Made by a program: the position numbers and the translations under genes. From contig JALEUS010000065.1 in NCBI GenBank assembly GCA_022780765.1, forward strand, positions 1 through 48,099: a DNA stretch of 48,099 nt. The letters are read 5' to 3'. Below, piece after piece: positions 25,653 through 42,954 of the stretch. Position 1 is the stretch's first letter; the number at the start of each line of letters is the position of its first letter. The stretch comes from Bacilli bacterium (GTDB taxonomy: Bacteria > Bacillota_I > Bacilli_A > RFN20 > CAG-288). The notes beneath the pieces are model-generated. The model worked only from the letters and a program-made list of their open reading frames with translations, was not told where the DNA came from and searched no databases.

Positions 25653-25742
25653 AACACCTCCAAGCAAAAAATATCACTTCAGTAATATTTTACTTCATGT
25701 GCGAGTAAATCTGTTGAAATATAACTTATTAAAGAGGAAAAA

Positions 25743-26153
25743 CTACATTCCTTTCTTGATCGATGAACATAGTTTCAACAGCTCTTTATCCTCGATCTCT
25801 TTTGGAGGGAAAGAAAGAGATAGACCATCGTGCTCATATCTAGGTATAGCGTGAATATGAAAGTGCATGACAGTCTGACCTGCTCCTTCTCTGCAGTTGG
25901 AAATGATGTTGACTCCTGTCGCATTCAGCTGCGAAATCTGTGCCTGACAGATGAGCTGAGTCACTTCTATGCAGTGATCTAAGATGTTTTTAGGGCAGGT
26001 TGTTATGTCGCTGAAATGCTCTTTAGGCATGATGAGAGTATGTCCCCTACTGGAAGGATAGACATCCAGTATAGCTAAAACAAGCTCATCTTCATACACC
26101 TTGTATGAAGGTATCTCTCCTCTGATGATCTTACAAAATAAACATGAATCCAT
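25743..26153 (-). CDS. HIT-family nucleotide hydrolase/transferase
   Basis: 136 aa. CLFCKII...VLAILDVYPSSRGHTLIMPKEH and the histidine triad HFHIHAIPR. Confidence 0.9.
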   Translation of the reverse strand: MDSCLFCKIIRGEIPSYKVYEDELVLAILDVYPSSRGHTLIMPKEHFSDITTCPKNILDHCIEVTQLICQAQISQLNATGVNIISNCREGAGQTVMHFHIHAIPRYEHDGLSLSFPPKEIEDKELLKLCSSIKKGM

Positions 26154-26167
26154 AATGTCCTCCTATT

Positions 26168-26201
26168 TTTAAAAAGGCTACTTCACTTGAAAGTAGCCTT
26201 G
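26168..26201 (-). terminator. Rho-independent terminator after the lipoprotein gene
   Basis: Perfect 10-bp stem AAGGCTACTT/AAGTAGCCTT (26175-26201) with a 7-nt loop, followed on the minus strand by TTTTTA. Confidence 0.7.
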
Positions 26202-26205
26202 ATGA

Positions 26206-27954
26206 TCACTTGTTTGGAATATAAAGCTTAGGTTCCTGATCGTATGTGCTCTCAGTCTTGAATAAGTCTTTATAATTTTCCTTCAGATAGTTTAAGAAAT
26301 CAGAATCAGAATAATCTATATTGAGCCTTCTCAAATAATAGATTGTTGCCTCTTTCTTATATGTATCGCTGGAAGCTAATTTGAAAGCTACTTCTCTTGC
26401 TATCTGCTCTTTCTTCTTTGCACTGTCGTACATAGATGTTGTCGAAGACTGACTTAAGGAAGCATTGCTGACAGCGTCAAGAATTCTCACAAGGTAGTAA
26501 GCTTTATTCTCTGAATCGTAGTAGATGATCTTGTTATCATCTGATGAGGTCGAACCGTTGTTGATGATATATCTGTTTCCATCAGCTTGGAAGATGGAGA
26601 CACCATCGATTGAAACATAGTTATCTGAATCCTTACCATCTTTGTCTTTCTTGTTCTTCATGTTGTCGACGGTGCTCTTATCTAAAGCAAGGTTGACAGA
26701 GAAGATATTGTTCTTCAAAGCGGCAGGAAGCGAATCGATAGAGTCAGAAGAAGTGTAGATACCTTCTGTTACATAATCGTCTTTTACAATCTTATCGACT
26801 GCATTTCTAAGTCCGACACCGATTGATAATTTGTATTTCTCAGTGTAGGTGTCCTCAAGTTCAGAGATGTAAGAAGAGTAGGGGTTCTCATTTGCTGAAT
26901 TATCGATATCCATCTTATCGAGTTTCTTCTTATCAGCCATTATCTTACCGATAGCTAGATCGGATGTTGTATCTGTCATGAGCTTTTTATCTTTTAACCA
27001 GCTGATCTCTTCACTTGTCAAGTAGGTGTTCTCATCGTATCTAGAAGAGAAAGCACCACCTTCTATAGAATCAACAAATGAAGTGGTGATTCCTTTCCAG
27101 AGCTTGGATAAGACTTTAAACTCAGGATCTTTTCCAAGGAGAGGAGAAGAAGGATTGCTTATGTAATCCTCAACATATGCTTGAAGCAATCTTTTAGCAG
27201 CACCGACGTTATCAGTTCTATCTGTCAATTTGACAATCTGAACTTTTCTAGCTGTAGAGTTACCGATAGAGGCGTAAGATTTGTTGTAGATGTAATCAGC
27301 AGTCAAATACTGAATCTTTAAATCATTATAATATGTCTTCTCTAGATAGTATGAGTACTGATCTCCAGCTTTGAAGACATCTTCATAGGTAGTGTTTGGA
27401 TTAACTAAAACGCCTTGTGAAGAAACCTTGGTATCATCAAATGTACCGCCTAAAGTGTAGGCAAGCTGCTGTGCTGAGACAAACTTTGACTCGTAGAAAA
27501 GGTTATCTTTGACGTTAGCAGAGTCAACTGTTACAGTAGAAAACATCTTATCTTTAGCTCTTTCCTTGACGTTGTCATACGTGACAGAAGAGGAGTACTC
27601 ACCGTCTTTGTATACGGAGTGAGCTTGATTGTCAAAGTCCTTCATGATTCTTGTTACATCGCTTCCACTTCCCTCAGTGCCATCGTTGTTGTGAGCGACT
27701 GTAGAGACGTCAACAAGCATCTGTGTCAAGAGATTGGTGTATATGGAACTCTTGCTAGGAATCACATCATCATAGTAGTGTTTCCAATCGTTTCCGATGA
27801 TGTTAGGATCGGAATTGATGACAGAGTTATCAAATATCTTATCTTTGTAATCGCTAGGATATTTGACAGGATCTGATGAAGTAGAACAGGATGAGAGCAA
27901 CAGAAGTGTTGCAAGAACCGGTAAAACTCTCTTGGTTTTCTTAAATAGAGACAT
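26206..27954 (-). CDS. Large lipoprotein of unknown function
   Basis: The start at 27954 (MSLFKKTKRVLPVLATLLLLSSCSTSS) has a signal peptide plus lipobox LSSC and a GGGGAGGG RBS upstream. The track ORF extends to 27990. Confidence 0.8.
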   Translation of the reverse strand: MSLFKKTKRVLPVLATLLLLSSCSTSSDPVKYPSDYKDKIFDNSVINSDPNIIGNDWKHYYDDVIPSKSSIYTNLLTQMLVDVSTVAHNNDGTEGSGSDVTRIMKDFDNQAHSVYKDGEYSSSVTYDNVKERAKDKMFSTVTVDSANVKDNLFYESKFVSAQQLAYTLGGTFDDTKVSSQGVLVNPNTTYEDVFKAGDQYSYYLEKTYYNDLKIQYLTADYIYNKSYASIGNSTARKVQIVKLTDRTDNVGAAKRLLQAYVEDYISNPSSPLLGKDPEFKVLSKLWKGITTSFVDSIEGGAFSSRYDENTYLTSEEISWLKDKKLMTDTTSDLAIGKIMADKKKLDKMDIDNSANENPYSSYISELEDTYTEKYKLSIGVGLRNAVDKIVKDDYVTEGIYTSSDSIDSLPAALKNNIFSVNLALDKSTVDNMKNKKDKDGKDSDNYVSIDGVSIFQADGNRYIINNGSTSSDDNKIIYYDSENKAYYLVRILDAVSNASLSQSSTTSMYDSAKKKEQIAREVAFKLASSDTYKKEATIYYLRRLNIDYSDSDFLNYLKENYKDLFKTESTYDQEPKLYIPNK

Positions 27955-30019
27955 GGCAACCCTCCCCGATGTTAACATCTTTATCTGCATCTTTGATAGA
28001 GTAGCTTCCTCTGTTAAAGTATCCTACGCAGACTGTAGGTATGAGATCTCTTCTCTGCTTCTTATCGTATAGGTTCAATATGTTGATATAGGATTCCCAA
28101 GAAGAATCTAAAGAATCATTGGCGGTTTTCTTAGTTCCTTTCTTGATGGCGTCGACATAATGGATAACATCGTTCTTTCTGTCACCTAACAAAGATAAGA
28201 AATCATCGTTGTGTTTCTCATTATACTTTGCGAGATTGTACTCCCAGATAGCGTACTGCTGCAGAGAAGAATTGCTTGCTTTGATATCGTTTCTTATCAT
28301 AGTAGCTCTCTCTTTGTAAACGGTCTGCTGAGAAGTAGAATCCTTAACAAAGTTGATGAATGTAGGATTGGTTGCATAATCGTTTGAGAATGCAGCTTCA
28401 CTCTTGGTGCTGTCAGGTAAAGTGATGGTCCAGTACTTATAATTGTTCTCAGGATCGACGAATGGATTTTGATTGACAGTGATGAAGTGGATTCCCTGAT
28501 AGGAATCAGATCCACCTCTTACAACCAGGATAGGATTTCCCCTCTCATCTGTGAGAATGTTCTTATTGGATGCATCGGTTATCTGAGAGACCGAGTTTTT
28601 AGCAAAGTATTTTGAAGTGTTTGAATCCTTCTGAATATTACCTGTGTAAGTTACCAGTGATGATTCAGCGTTTGCAACAGAGGAGAAAGCAGTGAACTTC
28701 TTCTTGTAGTCAACGCTGTTTTTATCAGCTGTATATGTGTTCAAGATCTCTTTCACTTCTTTGTACTCTTCATATCTAGCAGGAAGACCCTTTTCAACTG
28801 AAGTAGGATCGCTATCGGCAGTAGCTGCGATATGATCGATGTCTTTTTTGATATCATCAGTCTTGTAGGTCTCTTTTATCTGAGCTAAGAATGTCGCATC
28901 GTATGTATCAGAGTCATCGTAAATGAAAGATACGGAGTGCTGATTGAAGTAGTTGTTGTAGTAGACGTTTCTAGGATACTGGGTCTCAGTAGCATTTGTA
29001 GGTTTGCTTCCTGAATCAGACTTATCCTTGTCAGCTACAACAGACATTGTCAAAGCGACTGAAAGAGGAATACCGAAGACCTGCTTCTGTCCGATCTTTG
29101 TGTTTCCGATGATTCCAGCGACAGATTCGTCCTGAGAGTTATCATCCAAAGCGACGCCTGGAAGTCTGACAGATTTCTTCATATCTGCACTCGAAGATGT
29201 GTTTTTGTTGATGTAGGCATCGTAAGCGTAAATACCTAATTTGAATTCGTTTATATAAGAGGTTCTCTTCTCCATTGCGACACCATTTGATGTGTCTGCT
29301 AACTCACCATACTTTGCAGCTGAGCCTGTATCGTCAGAAAACTGCTGTGCAATAGAACCGAAAGAGTCTTTTGAAATGAGGTTTTTGACAAGACCACCTA
29401 TCTGCTTTGAATCGTCTGATGAGATCTTTCCGTTTGCTATTCCCTCGCTGTCTCCTGAAGCATCGAGTTTGAGAAGGATGTGAGAGACATGGTAAGGAGC
29501 GTTGTCTTTGACAAACTGCTTAGTGGTATCTTCAGAGATATAGTAACGATAGCTGTTGTTTCCATCTACATCCCTCAAGTAGGCTTTCTCATTTTCAGAG
29601 ACCTGCTCGTTGACATAGAGCTTGTTTTCCAAAGCTAACTCGTCAAGAACATTCTCGCTTTGCAAGGTCTTTGCTCTTTCCTCCTCGTAAGAGGTGTTGT
29701 TGTTTTTAGCATTGGTTGTCCACTGATCACGATAATCTTCCATCTTGTTTTCAACCAGTGTCTTCATAGCAGTAGTTCTAGGTGTGACAAACTGAGTTAA
29801 GACACTGTTTGCTCTAGAGAAGATAGCGCTAGCAGATTCTTTTTTTCCGTCAAATAAATTGTATATGTCTTTATATCTGTACTCTTTTCCATTTATGTAA
29901 ACTATAACATTTTCTCTGAAGTTCGCATCCGGATAATTGTAGCTACCTGATGTGGAACAGGAAGAGAGAATAGTTACGAGAGTTGCTAACAAGGCATACA
30001 TAGATCCCTTTTTTCTCAT
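27941..30019 (-). CDS. Large lipoprotein, PrsA/SurA-like foldase candidate
   Basis: 692 aa. MRKKGSMYALLATLVTILSSCSTSGS is a lipoprotein signal. The internal segment APYHVSHILLKLD resembles the start of a parvulin/PrsA domain. GGAGG RBS present. Confidence 0.7.
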   Translation of the reverse strand: MRKKGSMYALLATLVTILSSCSTSGSYNYPDANFRENVIVYINGKEYRYKDIYNLFDGKKESASAIFSRANSVLTQFVTPRTTAMKTLVENKMEDYRDQWTTNAKNNNTSYEEERAKTLQSENVLDELALENKLYVNEQVSENEKAYLRDVDGNNSYRYYISEDTTKQFVKDNAPYHVSHILLKLDASGDSEGIANGKISSDDSKQIGGLVKNLISKDSFGSIAQQFSDDTGSAAKYGELADTSNGVAMEKRTSYINEFKLGIYAYDAYINKNTSSSADMKKSVRLPGVALDDNSQDESVAGIIGNTKIGQKQVFGIPLSVALTMSVVADKDKSDSGSKPTNATETQYPRNVYYNNYFNQHSVSFIYDDSDTYDATFLAQIKETYKTDDIKKDIDHIAATADSDPTSVEKGLPARYEEYKEVKEILNTYTADKNSVDYKKKFTAFSSVANAESSLVTYTGNIQKDSNTSKYFAKNSVSQITDASNKNILTDERGNPILVVRGGSDSYQGIHFITVNQNPFVDPENNYKYWTITLPDSTKSEAAFSNDYATNPTFINFVKDSTSQQTVYKERATMIRNDIKASNSSLQQYAIWEYNLAKYNEKHNDDFLSLLGDRKNDVIHYVDAIKKGTKKTANDSLDSSWESYINILNLYDKKQRRDLIPTVCVGYFNRGSYSIKDADKDVNIGEGCHVSI

Positions 30020-30156
30020 ATAAAACCTCCATTAATAAATAGCACGCACATAACTTAACTAATATAGTTGTTTTGTGGAAGTTTTTCAAGTGGTAATCAT
30101 CAAATTAAAGTTTTTTTTATTTGTGGAAATAAGCATGTGAAGATAAAATAATACTT

Positions 30157-30966
30157 ATGGCAGAAAAAATAGCAGTTATCAATCAAAAAGGTGGCGTAGG
30201 TAAAACTACGACAGCCTACAATCTAGCCTCCACTTTAGCCAGGTACAACAAGAAGGTACTACTCATCGATTTAGATCCTCAAGGAAACGCTTCTATGGCT
30301 TACGGAATAGATATTTCTCTTCTCAAGAGAACTGTAGCTGACCTCCTTTTAGATGAAGCAAACATCAGAAAAGTAGTCAAGAAAACAAATATCAAACTGG
30401 TCTCTATCTTGCCTTCAAATCTCTCCCTAGCACTGGTTGAAACAAAACTTTTAGAAAAAGGGAAAAACTCATCTAAAAACAGGCTCAAAGAGGTTTTAGA
30501 AGACAGGTACACAAGACTCTTTGATTACATCATCATCGACTGCCCTCCCTCTTTAGGATACCTGTCTTTAAACGCTCTCAACGCAGCTGACTCGCTTATC
30601 ATACCGGTCCAGTGCGAATACTTTGCTTTGGATGCGATAGCCCAGCTTCTTGCGACCATCATATCGATTCAGAGAAACAGCAATCCTTCTTTAGAGATCA
30701 TGGGCCTTCTGATGACGATGTACGATCCTAGGATCAATCTGTCCTTGGAGATAGCAAGCAAGATAAGAGCTGAGTTCAAAGACAAGGTCTTCACCTGCGT
30801 GATACCTAGAAACGTCTCAATCCCAGTAGCCAGCATGAAATCTCTACCTGTCAATCACTACAAACCCTCTTCCAAAGGTTCTCTATCCTATCTGGCTTTA
30901 GCAAGGGAAGTAATGGAATATGTCGAACAGAAAAAAAGAAATAGACCTCTCGTCACTGATAGATAA
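30157..30966 (+). CDS. parA: Chromosome partitioning ATPase ParA/Soj
   Basis: 269 aa. The deviant Walker A (KIAVINQKGGVGKTTT), LLIDLDPQGN and IIIDCPPSLG are present. Confidence 0.95.
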   Translation: MAEKIAVINQKGGVGKTTTAYNLASTLARYNKKVLLIDLDPQGNASMAYGIDISLLKRTVADLLLDEANIRKVVKKTNIKLVSILPSNLSLALVETKLLEKGKNSSKNRLKEVLEDRYTRLFDYIIIDCPPSLGYLSLNALNAADSLIIPVQCEYFALDAIAQLLATIISIQRNSNPSLEIMGLLMTMYDPRINLSLEIASKIRAEFKDKVFTCVIPRNVSIPVASMKSLPVNHYKPSSKGSLSYLALAREVMEYVEQKKRNRPLVTDR

Positions 30967-31690
30967 GTACTCAAAAAATCAGGATATCGTCAAAGAGATA
31001 GAGAAGACACTGATCGATAAAAAACCTGATTCTATCTCTAAAGATGAAGTTGAGATAGATAGTCTTTACGATATCTCACTGTTTAAACAGACAAAAAACA
31101 TCTACAGCTCATCTCCCGTTGAAGAAAGTCAAAGATTTTTGGTTAACAGAAGAGATAATAAAAACATCTTACTCACCAACATAAGAGCATTTTTAAATCT
31201 AAAAGATAACAAGTTACCGGTCTTCTTAATATCTTTAACAGAGGAAGAAGAGATCTCATTTGTTTCAACATATCTGAAAAAAGAAAAAGAGAACATCCTC
31301 TTTTTCACGCACATGTTTATCAGCTTAAAAGCCAGGTATTCTGAAGAAAAGCTATCTATTTTAACATCGATGTCTCCTTCTCAGATAAGAAATATAAGAA
31401 GGCTTTTTTCTCTTCCAGATGTGATAAAAGATGACATCAAGAACGACTGTTTATCCTACACTAAAGCGAGGCTTTTCTTGAACTTAAAAGAAGAGGAACA
31501 AAAGAAGCTATACCTTCTTGTCAAAGATAAGAAGCTCTCCACCCGTGATATCGAATTGCTGAGAAAAAGCATGATCGGAAAAAGAGATAAGTATCAGATA
31601 AAGCTGAGGGGTAAAAGAATAATTATCACTTTCTTAAATGAAGAGGATGCGAAGAAAACATTCGATAAGATATACAAAAATTATCTTTGA
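30920..31690 (+). CDS. parB: Divergent ParB/Spo0J-like protein (HTH retained, N-terminal CTP-binding box not recognisable)
   Basis: 256 aa, directly downstream of and overlapping parA. The HTH region LSPSQIRNIRRLFSLPDVIKDDIKNDCLSYTKARLF is ParB-like. No GERRxRA motif was found by eye. Confidence 0.65.
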   Translation: MSNRKKEIDLSSLIDKYSKNQDIVKEIEKTLIDKKPDSISKDEVEIDSLYDISLFKQTKNIYSSSPVEESQRFLVNRRDNKNILLTNIRAFLNLKDNKLPVFLISLTEEEEISFVSTYLKKEKENILFFTHMFISLKARYSEEKLSILTSMSPSQIRNIRRLFSLPDVIKDDIKNDCLSYTKARLFLNLKEEEQKKLYLLVKDKKLSTRDIELLRKSMIGKRDKYQIKLRGKRIIITFLNEEDAKKTFDKIYKNYL

Positions 31691-32304
31691 TTTCTCTCCT
31701 TTAAGGAGTGGATGCACCCGCAGTAGTTCTGTCTATATAGTCCTAACTGTTTTGCAATCTTTATCCCTTTCAGTTGACCGTCTTCTTTTTTGAAATCAGC
31801 TATTAAAAACTTGGTACAGCTATATTTCTTTTCAAGCTCTCTTCCTATGTCATTTAAAAGAGATGAGGGTTTTTTACTTGAGACTGTCATCACTGTCGTA
31901 AAGTAATCGAAGTGATGTTCATAAGCGTACTTGTATGAGATGTTCATCCTGTAATAGTGACATCTTCTGCAGTACTCTCCTCCTTCAACATCATCCTTTC
32001 TTCCTTGAAAGTTTTTCTGATAGAAGAGGAAATCCTCATGGTTTTTAACTATCTTCACATCCGCATTATTTTTCTCATTGAAGAAGAAAACCACTTTTTT
32101 TACTTCAGCAAATCTTTTTTCATACTCCTCTTCAGGATAGATGTTGGGATTAAAAAAACCGATGGTCAAAGAAAAATAAGCAGATAGTTCGCTTATCGGA
32201 TAACATAAGCATGGTCCGCAGCAGGTGTGAAGAAAAAGGGTTGGTCTACCTTTTAAGTTCTCTATCTCTTCATGATAGATATCTATATCTCTTTTTGAAT
32301 TCAT
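31681..32304 (-). CDS. queH: Epoxyqueuosine reductase QueH (DUF208)
   Basis: 207 aa. LHTCCGPCLCYP and C-terminal CRRC...YCGC cysteine motifs. Adjacent to queA and tgt. Confidence 0.85.
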   Translation of the reverse strand: MNSKRDIDIYHEEIENLKGRPTLFLHTCCGPCLCYPISELSAYFSLTIGFFNPNIYPEEEYEKRFAEVKKVVFFFNEKNNADVKIVKNHEDFLFYQKNFQGRKDDVEGGEYCRRCHYYRMNISYKYAYEHHFDYFTTVMTVSSKKPSSLLNDIGRELEKKYSCTKFLIADFKKEDGQLKGIKIAKQLGLYRQNYCGCIHSLKERNQR

Positions 32305-32309
32305 TTTAT

Positions 32310-35105
<2,796 letters not shown>

Positions 35106-35246
35106 GTTTTAAAAGCCCCTTTTATTGAATACTTTATAGTAAAATTTGAAACAAAAACTACTGATTATTAATTTTAAAAAAAGCGAAATTATCTTATCAT
35201 TACAAGCATTCTTTTTCAAGAAATTACACAAAAAAAGTTGTTTTGT

Positions 35247-36695
35247 CTAATGATTGGTATTTACTTTAGGGCATTCACCTATTTTTTCAATGATCAGCTT
35301 CTTAGCGATGATCGGATTTGCTTGTCCTTTAGACATCTTCATAACCTGTCCGACAAGGTATCCTAAGCCGTGATCTTTTCCTCTTTGATAATCATCTACG
35401 ACCTGTTTGTTTTCCTTTATCACTATATCGACTATCTTCTCGATAGCTTTTTCATCGCTGAGCATCTGCAGACCTAAAGAGGAGATGATCTCTTTGCTGT
35501 CTCTGTTTTCAACAAGCATCTTTTCTAAGACTATTTTTCCTTGCTTAGAGTTTATCTTCTTCTCTTCTAGAGCGTTGACAAGGTAAACCATATTCTCTTT
35601 TGAAACATTCAGATCTTTAAAGGTCTTCCCGTTCTTGTTCAAATAACCCATGATATCACCGGATATGAGGCTGACTAAGACAGAGGGGTTTTTAACTCCC
35701 AAAGCTAGGCAGTCTTCAAAATAGCAGACAACCTGTCTATCTTTTAATAAAAGCTCTATCTCATAATTAGATAAACCTATCGCTTTGAAGTCCTTCTTGT
35801 ACTGGTAAGGAAGCTTATTCATCGAGTAGATAGCATCATTGATAAAATCATCATCTAGATCGATAGGGATGATGTTGGGTTCACGAAAGTACTTATAATC
35901 GATCGCATCTGTCTTCTTTCTCATGATGACAGTCTTCTTTAAAGTCTCATCGTACCTTCTGGTCTCCTGAGTGATCTTTTCACCTTTCATGAGAAGTTCT
36001 CTTTGCCTAGCTATCTCGTAATCGACAGCAGCTTTGATATTAGAGATGGTATTTAAATTCTTGCATTCGGTCTTTACTCCGAGCTTTTTTGAACCTTTCT
36101 CTCTCAAAGAGATGTTTATATCGCATCTCAAAGAGCCGTTTTCCATCTTTCCATCGGAGACCTCTAAATAGGTGACTATCTCTCTTATAGCTTCAACATA
36201 CTTCATAGCTTCTTCTCCAGAGTGCATGTCAGGATTTGAGACTATCTCAATAAGAGGAGTACCGCACCTGTTGAAATCAACAAGAGACATGTCGTTTAAA
36301 TGGAGCTGTTTAGCGGTGTCTTCCTCTAAGTGAGCTTGCTCTATAGTCACCTTCTTTTCACCATCTTTTGTCTCAATCAACAGATAGCCATCTCTTCCGA
36401 TAGGATCAAACTGCTGAGTTATCTGATATCCCTTAGGTAAGTCGGGATAAAAATAATTCTTTCTATCGAAGTAGAGAGTGTGGTTTATTGTCATATTCAA
36501 AGCCTTGCAGACTTTTATTCCATATGAGACAGCTTCCTTGTTTACAACAGGCATAGTTCCTGGAAAAGCGAAATCATAATACACCGCACAGGAGTTAGGC
36601 TTCTGTCCAAAAGATGTCGGCGCAGATGAAAACATCTTCGTCTTGCTTTTTAATTCAACGTGAATCTCTATTCCTATTACTGGTTCAAATTCCAT
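35247..36695 (-). CDS. gatB: Asp/Glu-tRNA(Asn/Gln) amidotransferase subunit B
   Basis: 482 aa. MEFEPVIGIEIHVEL, RCDINISL and the C-terminal YqeY-like tail. Follows gatC-gatA. Confidence 0.95.
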   Translation of the reverse strand: MEFEPVIGIEIHVELKSKTKMFSSAPTSFGQKPNSCAVYYDFAFPGTMPVVNKEAVSYGIKVCKALNMTINHTLYFDRKNYFYPDLPKGYQITQQFDPIGRDGYLLIETKDGEKKVTIEQAHLEEDTAKQLHLNDMSLVDFNRCGTPLIEIVSNPDMHSGEEAMKYVEAIREIVTYLEVSDGKMENGSLRCDINISLREKGSKKLGVKTECKNLNTISNIKAAVDYEIARQRELLMKGEKITQETRRYDETLKKTVIMRKKTDAIDYKYFREPNIIPIDLDDDFINDAIYSMNKLPYQYKKDFKAIGLSNYEIELLLKDRQVVCYFEDCLALGVKNPSVLVSLISGDIMGYLNKNGKTFKDLNVSKENMVYLVNALEEKKINSKQGKIVLEKMLVENRDSKEIISSLGLQMLSDEKAIEKIVDIVIKENKQVVDDYQRGKDHGLGYLVGQVMKMSKGQANPIIAKKLIIEKIGECPKVNTNH

Positions 36696-36707
36696 AAAAG
36701 CTCCTCC

Positions 36708-38171
36708 TTATCTGCATCTCACTGTCACATCTTTTATTCCAGTGATCTTCTCAACATCGCTTGCGAATGCAAAAAGCGATCCATCTTCAAATATTCTTCC
36801 TGTGATGTTCACACCAAAAGGAAGAGAGTCTTCCTCACCAAGAGGAAGTGTGATAGAAGGATTGCCTCCGAAATTAGCTAAAGTCATGATGTTCTCAAGG
36901 AAATCGCTTGTCTTTGACCAAGCTGCAGAGAGTTCGTTTATCTTCTTAGGTTTGCTAAAAGATGCAGGGGTGATAAAATAATCAGCTTTATCGAAGAACT
37001 TGTTTAGATTGTCAACTATCATTCTCCTGGCCTTCTGAGCTCTTGAAAACATCTCGTATACATTCTCTGAAAGAAGAGAGAAGGAACCGATGACAAATCT
37101 TCTTTTGATCAGATCTGAGAAACCAGCTGTCCTTGCTTCTAACATGTACTCAGAGTAGGTCTTGATATCTCCTTGAGGTTTAGGTCCGAATCTTATTCCA
37201 TCAAGATTAGCATTGTTTGAAGTAGCTTCTGCACAGGAGATGATCATGTAAGTAGGATAAAGAGCATTCAGAAGTTCGATAGGGTAATCGTAAGCGATGA
37301 CCTGATATCCTGCTTTCTCAATCTTCTTTAAAAGATCGTCAAAAGCTCTTCTCACCTTCGAAGAAGGAATGGAGTCTTTGACAGCTTTGAAATATCCTAC
37401 TTTCGGAAGGGTGCGATGATGTTTAACAAACTTCTCATAGACATCCTTCTTTCTTCTTGAAGAGGACATATCCTTCTCATCGTGACCTGCTATAGCAGAG
37501 AGAATATATGCGCTATCTAAGACGTTTCTGGTGAAGTAACTGGGACAATCTAAAGAGGGAGCAAAGGGAAAAAGTCCATATCTTGAAACCCTTCCCCAAG
37601 TGGGTTTAAATCCGACCACCTGATTGTAGGAGGCTGGTTTTCTAACTGAATCTCCGGTGTCGCTTCCTAAAGTAAAAGGAACCATACCCAAAGCTATAGA
37701 GACAGCCGAACCTGATGATGAACCACCTGATATTCTCTCCTTATCATAAGGATTTAAAGTCGCTCCTTTATGAGATGTTGTGCCCGTTCCTCCCATAGCG
37801 AGTTCATCCATGCTGGTCTTTCCAATCAGAATCATTCCTCTTCTGTTGAGTTTAGAGATGACAGTCGCATCAAAAAGAGGAACATATCCGTTGAGGATGT
37901 TCGATGAAGCTGTGGTCTCTACTCCTTTTGTAGAGTAGTTGTCCTTTGCTAGATAAGGGATACCTTTTAAAATCTCATCTTCCTTGACCTCAGTGATGCT
38001 TTTAGCCTTCTTTAAAGCTTCCTCATAGCAGGTGGCTTCAAGGCAGTTGCAGCTATCGCTTTTGCAGTTTTCGATAGCTTCTTTGGTCAAATCTAAAGCG
38101 GTTATCTCACCGCTTACCAATCTCTTATGTAACTCATGTATTGAAAGACTATTTAAATTACTCATTTTCAT
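36708..38171 (-). CDS. gatA: Glutamyl-tRNA(Gln) amidotransferase subunit A
   Basis: 487 aa. Amidase signature GGSSSGSAVSIALG and LGSDTGDSVRKPAS. Confidence 0.95.
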   Translation of the reverse strand: MKMSNLNSLSIHELHKRLVSGEITALDLTKEAIENCKSDSCNCLEATCYEEALKKAKSITEVKEDEILKGIPYLAKDNYSTKGVETTASSNILNGYVPLFDATVISKLNRRGMILIGKTSMDELAMGGTGTTSHKGATLNPYDKERISGGSSSGSAVSIALGMVPFTLGSDTGDSVRKPASYNQVVGFKPTWGRVSRYGLFPFAPSLDCPSYFTRNVLDSAYILSAIAGHDEKDMSSSRRKKDVYEKFVKHHRTLPKVGYFKAVKDSIPSSKVRRAFDDLLKKIEKAGYQVIAYDYPIELLNALYPTYMIISCAEATSNNANLDGIRFGPKPQGDIKTYSEYMLEARTAGFSDLIKRRFVIGSFSLLSENVYEMFSRAQKARRMIVDNLNKFFDKADYFITPASFSKPKKINELSAAWSKTSDFLENIMTLANFGGNPSITLPLGEEDSLPFGVNITGRIFEDGSLFAFASDVEKITGIKDVTVRCR

Positions 38172-38466
38172 TACCTACAACTTTCGGAAGTTTGATCTGA
38201 TTTCCAATCTTAGTGTTGGAATTTTTAAGTAAATCGGTTGTCTTCACCGGCTTTACAGGTTTATCCTCTCTCATCTTGTGCTGATGGTCTTTGTATGGAA
38301 AAGTCATCTCCTGCATCTGATCTACTCCAGGTATAGATTTCAGATAATCTATCTGAGCTAAGACGGTGTCAAAATCGCTTAAAATAAGTTTGTCTTGCCC
38401 TTCGCTCAATCTAAATTTCAGACTGCTTGCACATTTATTAATGACATCTAGTGTAACTTTTATCAT
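38158..38466 (-). CDS. gatC: Glutamyl-tRNA(Gln) amidotransferase subunit C
   Basis: 102-aa ORF immediately upstream of and overlapping gatA; the MREDKP segment is typical of GatC. Confidence 0.8.
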   Translation of the reverse strand: MIKVTLDVINKCASSLKFRLSEGQDKLILSDFDTVLAQIDYLKSIPGVDQMQEMTFPYKDHQHKMREDKPVKPVKTTDLLKNSNTKIGNQIKLPKVVGNENE

Positions 38467-38474
38467 GACTCACC

Positions 38475-42774
<4,300 letters not shown>

Positions 42775-42900
42775 ATCCGATATTGTAACCTAAAAATTAT
42801 AACAAAAAATACAGTGCCTTTTAAGCATTTCTTAAAAGAAAAAAAGAATAATCAAACTTGTTTAAAAAACCACCCACAATTACAAAAGAGCGCCTAACTC

Positions 42901-42928
42901 TTGATATTTTTAAGAAAAAAATTATAAT
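42901..42928 (+). promoter_or_regulatory. Sigma-70-like promoter of the ferredoxin gene
   Basis: TTGATA (42901-42906), 16-nt spacer, TATAAT (42923-42928). GGAGG RBS precedes the ATG at 42955. Confidence 0.6.
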
Positions 42929-42954
42929 AAGTTTGCTCGGAGGTTAAAGAATAA

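Noticed and set aside
26206-30019. Small overlapping ORFs within the lipoprotein genes (for example 27619-27876, 27762-27959, 28297-28515, 29292-29483)
   Set aside because: They are embedded in or antisense to long ORFs with clear lipoprotein signals. They have no RBS or recognisable domains and are treated as spurious.
30020-30156. Replication origin (oriC) upstream of parA, suggested by TGTGGAAGT and TGTGGAAAT DnaA-box-like words
   Set aside because: Only two degenerate boxes are present. There is no dnaA/dnaN nearby and no box cluster or obvious AT-rich unwinding repeats. It is more likely ordinary promoter DNA for the divergent lipoprotein and parA genes.
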